DNA from: Lama guanicoe
Lineage: Eukaryota
Direction of reading: 5' to 3'
Length of the DNA stretch: 64,000 bases
NCBI GenBank assembly: GCA_013239625.1
Contig: MU054129.1
Span: 251,238-315,237, forward strand
Shown in pieces: positions 52,647 to 64,000 of this stretch (positions are counted from its first letter, which is position 1; every line of letters starts with the position of its first letter). The notes below the pieces were generated by a model. That model worked only from the letters and a program-made list of their open reading frames with translations. It was not told the origin of the DNA and did no database searches. A program made the position numbers and the translations under genes.

Positions 52647-54706
52647 GGTGTAAATTGGTGTAGCCACTGTGGAAAGTTGTATGGAGGTTTAAAGACAAAA
52701 ACAAACAAAAACCATATGATCCAGCAACTCCACTCCTGGGTATATATCTGAAAAAACAAAAATACTAAATTGAAAACATACACGCATCCCAGTGTTCACA
52801 GTAGCATTATTTACAATAGCCGAGATACAGAAGCAACCTAAGGGTCCATCAACAGACGAATGAATAAAGAAGATGCGTCATATACACATAAAATAACTCT
52901 TAGAAAATTTAGTAAGATTGAAATCATACCAAGTATATTTTCTGAGCACAACTGTGTAAGACTGGAAACCAGTAATAGAAAGTAAGCTGGAGAAGTCCAA
53001 ACATGTGAAAATTGAATAACACACTCCTGAACAGAAGAAACACACTTCTGGGTAGAAGAAAAAACAAAAAGAGAAATTAAAACATGTCTTGAAAGAAATG
53101 ACAATGGAAACTCAACATAATAAAACCTGTAGGATGCAGTAAAGAAATTGTGAGAGAGAAGTTTGTCACAATAAATGTCTACATCAAGAAACAAGACCTC
53201 AAATTAACAACTTAACTTTCATCATAAGGGACCAAAAAACCCCAAACAAACAAAGCACAAATTTAGCAGAAAAAAAGAACTAAAAAAAGATCACAGCAGT
53301 AGTAATTAAGAGACCAGAAAACAATAGAAAAGATCAATAAAACTAAGATCTGGTTTTACTGAAAATATTTTTTAAATTGACAAAACTTTAAATATAATAA
53401 CTAAAGAGAGAGAGAGAAGACTCAGAAAAATAAAATCAACAATGAAAGAAGAGGCATTATAAGAATATCACAGAACTGCAGTGATCATAGGAGACTATGA
53501 GAGTTATACACCAAAAAGCTAGTTAAGCTAGAAGAAATGGATAAATTCCTGGAATTATACAATTAACCAAGAGTAAACCATGAAGAAACAAACAAACAAA
53601 AAAGAAACAGATTAATAATGACTAAGGAGACTTAATTATCATTAAAGATCTCCCAACAAAGAGAAGTCCAGGATCAGATGTCTTCACTGGTGAATTCTAT
53701 CAAAAAGTTAAAGAAGAATTAACACCAATTCTTCGTAAACTTTAAAAAAATAAAGAGGGGTGAACATTCCCAAACTCATTTAATAAGGCCAGCATAATCT
53801 CGATATTAACATCAGACAGGGTAACAACAAGGGAGCCAATCGCTAGCCAGAACAATTAGGAAAGGAAAAGAAAGAAAAGACACCTGAATTGGAAAGAAAG
53901 AAGTAAAACTGTCTCTCTTTGCAGATGATATTATCTCATATATAAAAATCCTAAACATTCCACCAAAAAACAATGAGTACTAATAAACAAAGGTGAAGAT
54001 TGCAGGGTTGAAAATCAGCTAACAGAATCAGCTGCATTTATATACACTAACAGTGACTTACCTGAAGAAGACACAAATAAAGGAAAGATATCTTGTGTTC
54101 ATGGATTGGAAGAAACAATATTGTTAAAATGTTCATACTGCCCAGTCATCTATAGATTCAATGAACCCTTTATCAAAAATTCCAATGGCATGTTTCACAG
54201 AAACAGAAAAGAAAAAATCCTAAAATTGATGTGGATCCACAAAAGACCCTGAATAGCCAAAGCAATCATGAAAGAAGGGCAAAGCTGAAGGCATCAAACT
54301 TTCTTTCAAACAGTATATAAATTCTATACTATTTGAAATACTCTGTTAATGGCCACATAGACCAATGGAACAGAATGGAGAGCTCAGAAAGAAACCCTGT
54401 CATATGTGCTTGAGTAATATTTGACAGTGGAGCCAAATTTACTCAGTGGGGAAAGATAGTCTATTCAATCAATGGTGTAGAGAAAACTGGATAATCGGAT
54501 ATAAAAGAATAAAATCAAAGCCCTGTGTTATACCACGCAAAAATAAACTTGCAATGGATTAAATACTTAAATATGACATGAAACTATAAAATTTCTAAAA
54601 TAAAAGAAAGAGAAAGCTTTTTGACTTCAGTATTGCCAATGATTCTTTTGAATATGACACCAAAAAGGAAAGGCAACAAAAACAGGAATAAATAGGAAGG
54701 TTATAT

Positions 54707-54710
<4 letters not shown>

Positions 54711-54779
<69 letters not shown>

Positions 54780-54803
54780 AATATAAAAAAAAAAAAAAAA
54801 AAA
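54711..54803 (+). repeat. Long poly-A tract inside L1 ORF2
   Basis: ~68 consecutive A plus a second ~18-A run. Confidence 0.95.
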
Positions 54804-55259
54804 GCCTGCACAATGATACAACCAAAAAAGTAAAAGGCAAACTGAATGGAGAAAAGTTTTTAAAAGCATGTATCTGATAAGGGTTTAATGTCCAGAATAT
54901 ATATGGAACTCATATAATTCAAATGCAAATAAAATAATCTGTTTTTAAGATGCCAGAGGAACTGAATAGCCATTTTTTTCAAAGACTACATGCAAATTGC
55001 CCAGATTTGAAGAACTGCTCAACATCATTTATCATCAGGGAAATGCAAATGAAAACCACAATGAGAAATCTTATCACATCTTACCTGTTAGAATAGCTAC
55101 TATAACATAGGAGAGATGAGTGTTGGCCAGGATGTGGTGAAAAAGAACACTTGTGCATCGTTAACAGAAATGTAAACTTTCACAATCATTGTCTGGAAAA
55201 AAGTATGGATATTCTTCAAACAGTTTAAATATAAAGCTATCATATAATGCAGCTAAAAG

Positions 55260-55281
55260 TGTTCTGTACCTCAATTTCCAA

Positions 55282-55323
<42 letters not shown>

Positions 55324-56130
55324 AGTTTATAACAAGCAACTCTATCCCAGCTGGATGTCCTACAATTCAACTCAGTTCTGACTACCTATCCAGAGATAGC
55401 CTCAGATTCCACTGGGTAAGAGCGCAGACCCACAACACTGCCCTCCACTTTAGATGCCAATAACTGGCTGCTCTTTTCACTTGTGCTCCTGATTGGAGGG
55501 TCCCATGACCCCTCCTTGTGTTTAATTAATTTGCTAGAGTGGCTCACAGAACTCAGGAAACTCATTAGATGACTGGTTTACTACAAAAAACATATATGAA
55601 AGAATACAAATCAATAGCCAGATGAAGAGAACAAAGGCGCTTCTGTCCTCACGGAGTTTGGGGCCCACATACTGTGGCGGTACATGGACGCCTTCTGGTT
55701 TCCCAACCCGGAAGCTCTCCAAACCCCCTACTTTGGAGTGTTCATGGAGGTTTTGTTACACAGGCATTACTGATTAAGTAATTGGCTATTGATGATTGAT
55801 TCAATTTCCAGCCCCCTTCCCACCCAGAATTCGGGGAGTGGGACTGAAAGTTCCAACCCTCTATTTGTAGTTTGGTCCCCTAGAAACCAACCCCCCATCT
55901 TTAAGAGTTTTCAAAAAGTCACCTCATTAACATAAATTTATTTGTGATTGAAGGGTGCTTGTTATGAATAACAAGACACCAATTTCACCTTTATGGCTCT
56001 GAAGCCTTTTCAGGAACTGAGGACAAGAGATCAAATATTATCACAAAAAATGCTCCCATCTTTTGGGAGCTGGGAGCTAGGAACAAGGACAAAGACAAAA
56101 TCTATATAAGGAAGACATTTTAGTCATTTG
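55260..56130. mobile_element. LTR (MER21-like) containing a (GT)n tract
   Basis: ccagctggatgtcctacaattcaactcagttctgac... resembles recalled MER21 consensus; interrupts an L1 3' end. Confidence 0.6.
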
Positions 56131-58559
56131 AATGATCTTGCACATATATGTTTATATCAGTTTTATTCATAATTGCCAGACTTTGAAGTAACCAAAATAG
56201 CCTTCACTATGAGAATGGGAAAACTGGTAAATCCGAACAATGGAATATCATTCAGCACTTTAAAAAAGCTACCAAGCCATGTAATGTTATGGAGGAAACT
56301 TCAGTGCATAGTACTAAGTGAAATAAGTCAATCTGAAAAAGCTACAAACTGTATGATTTTAATTCCATGACATTCTGAAAAAGACAAAATTATGGAGACA
56401 ACAAAAAAGATGAGTGGTTACCATGAGTTCTGGGAGGAGAGGGAAGAGTAGGTGGACCATAGAGAATTTTTAGAGCCATCAAACTACTTTTTGACAGTGC
56501 AATAATGGATACTTGTCAATATAAATTTGTTTAAATTCATAGCATGTTCTACACCGAGTGACCCCTAATGTGAACTATGGATATTGAGAGATAATGATGC
56601 ATCAATGTAGCTTTAGCAATTGTAACAAATACACCACTGTGGTGGGGAATGTTGATAATGGGAGAAGATACACATGTGAGGGGGACAGTGATGATATGGG
56701 AAATCTCTATACTTCACATTATGTTTTACTAAAGCCTCTAAAAAGAGTCTATTATCTTAATTTTAAAATATGGTGAAGAAATGAACAGAAATGTATTGTG
56801 ATATTTGTATTATGCTGTATGAGGGGGTGGGAGTCCTCCACTTGGCAGCAAAGTGGAAGAGGAAGAGATTAATGAGTCAAAGTTAAAGTATTAATTGCTT
56901 CTGGGGATGTACCTTAGGAAAGGAAGCAATTGTTTTGCAGGATAAAAATATCATAACAATAAAATGAAATTGAAAAACTAAAAGGTAACTAGAATAATAT
57001 AGCGCCAAACGTATGAAAATGTGCTCCGTTTATTAGGAAAATAAATTGTATTCTGGAATTCAATAAAAACCTAATTAAGGTTGATTTTTGTTGCACTTTG
57101 TAGTTTTTGCAAATAGTTATTTATCAATTGTTCTTTGGGGTCCAGAGAGCTCTTTGTTGCTGGAGGTATCTGAGACCCTAATTTCATACAGCATAATAAT
57201 TGTATACATGATTTTTAAGAAATTTTGAAAATTTCCAAAGTGCTAATGGAATTTGCAACTTTATTCAGGATCAGATTAACGAGCTGAAGCACAGTAATAT
57301 CTGCTCTTTGCCTAATAAGTTATTCAGAAGTTCCCACTAATTTTCTTTTAGATATAACCTGAATAAAGTTATTTTGTAGATGCCCTTTCTACTTCCTCCA
57401 GAGACTGGTCACACTCACAAAAAAAAATTAAAAATTAAAATAAATAAAGCTCATAACGCCCCTTTTTTAGCAAACAGCTTAAGTTACGACTTTGTATTCT
57501 ATCGATGTCTCCACCAGAAGAAGGGTTCAAAGAAAATGAAAAAAAAATACAACAATTATTTAATATTAATTATTGTAGAAATCACTTTATAGTCCAAGCC
57601 CTGTCACAGTGCAACATCTGGCTGTTTGTTTCTCTGCAGATAGTGGAAACACTTTTATTCTGATTTTCATATTTATCCCTACTGTTCTCAATTTGACATG
57701 TATGCTATGCTACTTAAAGAAATTGTGACTCTTAAAATGTTCATTAACTGATGATTAAATTGTTAAACATTGATTCATCCTCTGCTACTTTATTAACTTT
57801 TCTGCCAGTCCCCTGAGATTTATTTTCTTACCATTTGGATATTCACCTGTAACATTTCTAACCTCCAGATTCCAAAAGTGCTTTGCAAGTCTGCCACATA
57901 TTTTATTGTTGTGTTTGTTCTTTTACTCATTTGAGTGACTTGATAGCTTTTGGGGGGGGGCAAAAAACATCACCAACTGATGTGGAGATTTTTGTTTTTA
58001 ATCTGCAGTAACTCCACCAAAGGGAAAATGTTTTTCCCACATTGTTTCTTTTCCAGGGGAAGATAAGTTTTGTTTGGCTTAACTGCAATCTTTTGGTATA
58101 ATTTTCCTCAGTGGTTCTGTGTTGAAGGAGAAATAAATAGTTAAGAGTACGCATCACCTCAAAACTTAACAGCTCAGTTTTGGGCTCAAAATATGATCTT
58201 TTATACCAAGTGCAAAATTGGAAAAGCTCAACCCTCCAATTGACAAACCAAAGATTTCCAGATACTCTCCAATGGGGAAAAAAAAAAAACTGAGCCAGCA
58301 AATGAGCAGTTAAGAAAACTGCTACTTGCCTTTTTTCTTGCTTTGCAAAAATCTCTGCCTAGGAATTCTGTTATTGAAAGGGTTCAGCTTTCACCCTGAA
58401 CTTATGAGATTCTCTTTGCTATTTAGTATTTCTGAAGTAACATAGAATCACCTGCTATGGTTATCACAGAAAAGAAATGTAATCTGGGTATTCTAATCTT
58501 GGTTAGAAGAATCACCAAGAAGGAACTGGAGGATTGGAATTCCAGAGCTTTTGTTTGTT

Positions 58560-58765
58560 TTCAAAAAGTATAACTTTTTTCAAGCTTTATAGGAATATAA
58601 TTCATATATAACACTGCAAGTTCAAGGTGTACAATGAGATAATTTGATATATGTTTTTATTGAGAAATTTTACCGCAACAAAGTTAGGTAACACTTTCTT
58701 TCCCTCACATAATTACCAGTTTGCTGTTGCTGTTATGGTGAGAATGTTAAAGCTGTACTCCCATA
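58560..58765 (-). mobile_element. L1 3' terminal fragment
   Basis: aagttcaaggtgtacaa...gtgagaatgttaa. Confidence 0.55.
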
Positions 58766-60367
58766 ATAAGCTCCCCATGGCTCTTTAAACAAGGGCAAGG
58801 CCACCTCCAGGATCTAGGATAAGATGGAAACCTCTCTGCTGGCGGAATGACAGTGAAGGGGAATCCATGCAGTAGACAGACATTTATTCTAACCAGGGTG
58901 CAAGGAAGACAAGTGAAAAGAAAAAAAAAAAGGGACGAAAGATGGTGCAAAGGTGCCAAAGAGCTGGAGACAGAGGAAAGATTGGGGAATTAAATTTAAT
59001 CCACCCCAAATAGGGAATTCCATTGGCTTCTTTATTCTTCATGAAAGAACTCTAGATCATGGTCTAGGATATTATCTTTGGAATAAATGAAACTTGTGCC
59101 TTCCCTAGTTTCACTAGAAAGAATTGTTTCAATTATTTTATATACTTAAAAATATATTTGATGGAGCTCTGCAAGCAATTGCTTCATAAGTTCCCTGGTC
59201 TATGTCAAATCCAATATACAGGATTGCTGGAAAGTATTAAGTATGCCAGTTATACTGCTCACGTATTTTCCTTTGATGTTTACAGTAACCAAGGAAAGAG
59301 TGACTCAAGGGAAGATATACAGGTAATAATAATTTTCTTCTTAATATGTATCTCTCTGAGAGATATTGTGGACACAAGCTATAAATTACTGTACCCATTT
59401 AAAGTTACAAAATTAAAAACCTGTAGGCAGCAAATGGAGATTTGTGCCACACAGACTGTATGGCAGAAATAAATAACTTCTCACAGTGGGGACAGTCCTA
59501 TTTAGACAAAATACTTTCTTCCTTTCTTTGACACAGCAGCATTGTCATGACCTTCACCCGGGCTGGAAGTTTGGTAATATTTTCATTTATGTCTTCTCTC
59601 TATGGGAATAAAGTATTCTAACCTAGAAATCTCAGTTCTTATGTGAAAAATAACTTTTTAGATACTTCAACCATTTATGTTTGTAGCAACAAATGTTCCA
59701 GTATGAATACAAAACATTACCTTTCAAACACAGCAACACATAACTTGAAACAAGATGACACGTGTCCTTCTACACATACAGTTCACTGTCAATTCTCAGA
59801 AATAGTTTACATAATCTTAAAAGGCACTATGGTTATATATGTTTCTTATTAGGCTGTGCCTAACTAGCTTGGGGCTTCACAGCTGTGTGCCAGCAACTCT
59901 AAGCATTTCTTGATTCAGCTATAACTTCTGATATACTTCTTATCATCAATATTAATACAAATATTTTTAAAATCATCAACTTCATCCATTTATACGTTTA
60001 TTTCACAAAGATTCCTTGAACAACTATTATTTGCCAGACACTTCCCTAGGCCCAGCAGATATTTTTTAAAATGTTACACCTGCTATCCTCTGCCCTTAAA
60101 AGACTCATTCCTTATTCAAATAAGGAAAACAAATGTGAAAATATATTTTAACTCAAAGTAATGTCTGCTGTGAGACCATGTTGTTAGGACTAGATTGTGT
60201 GTGTGTGTGTTGACATAATGTAAGTTCATTGTCTTAATTTGGGTTGCCCCCAAAACAGATGCTAAGCAGGGATTTGGGTTCAAGTAATTGTCAAAGAGGT
60301 GATCCCAGAAAGTCCCCTGAACGACTGCTCTGTATGGGAGCTCTTTTCAGTGCTCTCTATGGGTGAG

Positions 60368-60553
60368 AGCAGTGGCTCTCAGATGTCAGGGCACCTCAGA
60401 GCTACATGAGGGAACCACAGCACAGACGGCGGGGCCCGCGCCCAGCGGCTTCTCATTCGGCGGGTCTGCGGGGCAGTCCGAGGACTTGCATTTTCATAAA
60501 TTCCTACCTGATGTGGAGGCTGGGGTCTCAGGACTGAATCTGAAGAATCAATG
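60368..60553. mobile_element. MER5A-like hAT-Charlie MITE
   Basis: CAGTGGCTCTCA...AAGAATCAATG termini and ttgcattt core. Confidence 0.7.
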
Positions 60554-63500
60554 ACCTAGAGGATGTGAGTAGAGGACAATAGCATAAGCCACATGTACAC
60601 ATATTCAAATATTTTTGATGTCTTTAGTCTTATTCAAAAAATCACAGTTTTCTCATGTTATCAACCATTCATTTCATCAACAAATGAACTTGTTAGGTTT
60701 CAGTCATGCCTAAACTTGGAACGGTCTTGCCCTCTCATTAACTAGTTTTTAACCAGGTGACTATATCGAGGTGGTTAATTAGAAAATACCTGACAGATAA
60801 GCACTTTTTAATTTAATTCAATTTAATTCTATTTTATTTTATTTTGGGGGGTATGCCTGTAGCTATAAGTTATCATTAATTTGAAAGGAGCTGGGTGCAA
60901 AGGCTATTTATTGCACAAACAGATGTCCTCGGGGATAATTCATGTGAAACAGCTTTTGGCTGCTAGATCAGGGCATGTGAAGGGTAAAAATGTGTGCGTG
61001 TGCATTAATGATCTGTGCACATACAGCAAGAATAACTATATTTTTTTATAAATATTCGCTAAAATACTTTCAAGTATGAAACCAGAATTTTTCTGTGCAC
61101 CAAGCAAGGTATTTCCAAGAGGTTCACGGAGCTGGAATAAAAAGAAAATTCTTGTAAGTCAGCTTGGTTAAAAAACAAAACGAAACAACAACAACAACAA
61201 AACTTTATACTTTTTTTATATACACTTTACTGCCTTTGAATAAACAATGTTTTGTGGAGAAACCTTTTTATTCAGTTCTTGCCTGTGTCTACACTACAGG
61301 TAAAAAAGCCATTTATGGAGGGACATTTTTAAAATCGGATGAATGTTTGCACTTACGGGGGGAGCAGGGTAACAAAGAAATGCACTAAACTGCAGGACGG
61401 TATTTATTCCCATGGAACAAACATGCCGTTTTCTATTCTGAGGGCGCATTTAAATCCACATAAAAAGGGCACTTTATTTTCCAAGGACACTGAGGAGAAT
61501 TATGTAAACTGACTGAAAAGAGATGAACTCTACTACAGCATGTACCCTGGGCCTTTAAAGGCATCAGAATTAAGAAAGCTAAGTGATTCCATTAGCTGTA
61601 TAATCTTTTCATTCTGATGCATAAGTTTGGATGGTAACGATCAGAGACAACTATACAAAGTCTCTTTCTTCACTGAGGATTCAATTACATCGGTAAGACT
61701 GAGACATGAACGGGGACAACATATGGTAAGTAAAACACCGGAACAAGAATGCTCTGTCTCTAAACTTCACTGTGTTTCATCCCTTAAAATTCAAAGGAAG
61801 CTAAAGACTAAAATAAATTTTCTCTTATTAGAGACATTTAAATAATGCAATTTAAGTATTTAGCCTGAAAAAAAATAAATACTTCTTTAGGGTCAACTTA
61901 TACTCACTAATAAAACTTTTCTCCCCAAATCTGTCTTATTGTTAATCTATTTTTGCCTACATGATGGACACTTCCTTTTCGCTGAAATCCCAGATATTCC
62001 AATGCTCTAGTTTTTAACTAAGTGTTATATTCCAATTCAGCCTTTGTGATTTGCCACAAATTTTCTGGTTTTAAGAGATTTCAACTTGACATGGTTTTAA
62101 AAGCTGGGTATATAAGGAACATCACTGATCCTTCATTAAATACTGAAAAATTACCACCAGGATAGAGAGAAGGAGTATGAGGGGAGAAAGCAAAACTTGT
62201 GATTTAACACACAGACTTGTTCAACAATTCCCAGCCCCTGTTCTGCCCAGTTGCTGTGAAGCATCTTCAGGTGTATCATCTTATTCAATTCAAACAGAAG
62301 CTCTCTGAGGTTGTTATTATCTCCTCACAGTACATCATCAATGTGTTCAGGCCCTTCATACCACCTCCTTTCTCAAACACTCTCTTCCCATTCATCCCAT
62401 TTCCACCGCTCATCCTCTCAGTCTGACAAAGGTCAGCTGGGACTTCAAGGCCCGTTGCAAATGTCCTTTTCATCATAAAACATTCTTACACCTTCTGCTT
62501 CCCAATGTGAATCATTCTCTATCACTGACCTCAGTGAACATGGTTTATAGTTTCAAATCTATATTCCAGAGCTTGTCACTTTGATTATAGTCTATTGCAT
62601 ATGTACCTGCTCCTCCACAAAGTCTATGAACTATTGGAAAGAATACTAAAACTCTATTCCTATTTTATTAGCCAGTATGGAAGGAAAAGTGTCCAAGGAC
62701 GCTTCTTTGTAATTCAGTTCTTCTCAGTTCAACCAGTATTTATAAAGTACCTACTGTTGCCCGAGAAACTGAGAAAATCCCCAATAATTCAACGATGGAT
62801 TAATATTAAGAATTTAAGATAAGAGTGACAGGTACATATGCAGGATATTTCATGCAACAGAAATACAGTGTTTTCCTGAGCTAGAAGTGTTATGTAGCCC
62901 AACAAAAAATACTACGGTAGATTCTGGATTGAAATAGAGGGATCTTTATCAAGACTAAGTACCAGGAGGCATAGGAAGGAAAAAGGGGTCACTCTTGGTA
63001 GAATATGGGCCTGAGTCTGAACAATCTTCTGAACCCAGAAAGTATGTGCCTGTGTGTGTGTGTATGTCTACTGGAAGAGCCTTGTACTAAGCTTCACAAA
63101 GATTTTACAGCTAAATACAAACATCCCCCAATGATAAACTACTGCCTGGTCAATGAAACCACGATAGCCCTAGGCCACTGCAATGCTGTTATACGCTGGA
63201 GAATGAACATAGTAGGTAACCAGGTTTTCCAGGTCTTAGGAACGATGACCCTCTGAGGTTGATTCAGTCCAGCCTGCTCTGGTGACCAGACCATTTCTGC
63301 ATTGTCTCTCAAGGCAAACCTGTTGTGTAATTATTCCTTGCTCCATTTTGCAGTTTTATGTCCCTCATCTAAATAAGTACCCCGAAGCTTGGGCTGTAGA
63401 AAATCTGATGATAGCAAAAGTCAGCATAAGAATCATTTAATTAGAACTGGGAAAATTTCAAACCAACTGGCAGTGAACTGAGAAAAATTTACAGAATGTT

Positions 63501-64000
63501 ATTAGTAATTCAGCCAGATCTGTAAATTTTAAATGCTACCAAACATTTGTCCAATGTTGTTCTTAAAATCCTTAGTCAAATGAGAACATTTCTAAAAGCC
63601 TTTAAAAATACATGTTCTGTTATGGACCAGTAATATTCATGAGTGGCCCCAGTCTTTCTTCCTCTGACATCCAGACTAGGCTCAAATTTGCCTCCTTTAT
63701 CCTTCCCCCTACCCCCGCTCCCACCCAGACATTTTCTATCATTGCTAACTATATCTTTTATTTTCCTTTTAAACAGAGAGGCACAAAACATTGAGAAAGT
63801 AGGGAAAGGGAAATAAAATTATAGGAGTAGTAAAAAAAAAAGAGAGAGAGAGAAAGAGAGAGCAATAGAAAGATAAGATGCACATGGCCTAGAGCTGGTT
63901 AGCACTATTGGGGGGGGGTCATGAAGAAAGAGGCACCAGTAAAAAAAGATATAAATGCAAAAACAATGTGATTTTTAAATGAGGACTGCATATCCCCTTC

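Noticed and set aside
56800..64000. Short ORFs and possible enhancer-like AT-rich stretches
   Set aside because: No recognisable protein or exon chain; conservation cannot be judged from this sequence alone.

Overview
Mammalian genomic DNA with no intact multi-exon gene. It is probably camelid or another artiodactyl; this is inferred from the L1 3' ends and the lack of BovA/PRE/Can SINEs, and is not proven. The first ~41 kb is a mosaic. It holds L1 elements interrupted by a full-length intact-ORF POLDIP3 retrocopy, a MED24 retrocopy and a tailless tRNA-Lys half; a solo LTR; an unprocessed disabled SH3YL1 last exon; an orphan CpG island beside an assembly gap; and a GC-rich ~165-bp satellite with an internal inversion. 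It also holds a ~7.4-kb imperfect palindrome of two head-to-head RALGDS-like gene fragments around an inverted ~245-bp higher-order repeat. The last ~23 kb is AT-rich intergenic DNA with old repeats. It includes a MAPK7 (ERK5) C-terminal retrocopy with a strong AT->GC substitution bias and a MER5A with a similar GC-shifted core. Gene identities come from recalled protein sequences, not database searches. Repeat boundaries are approximate.
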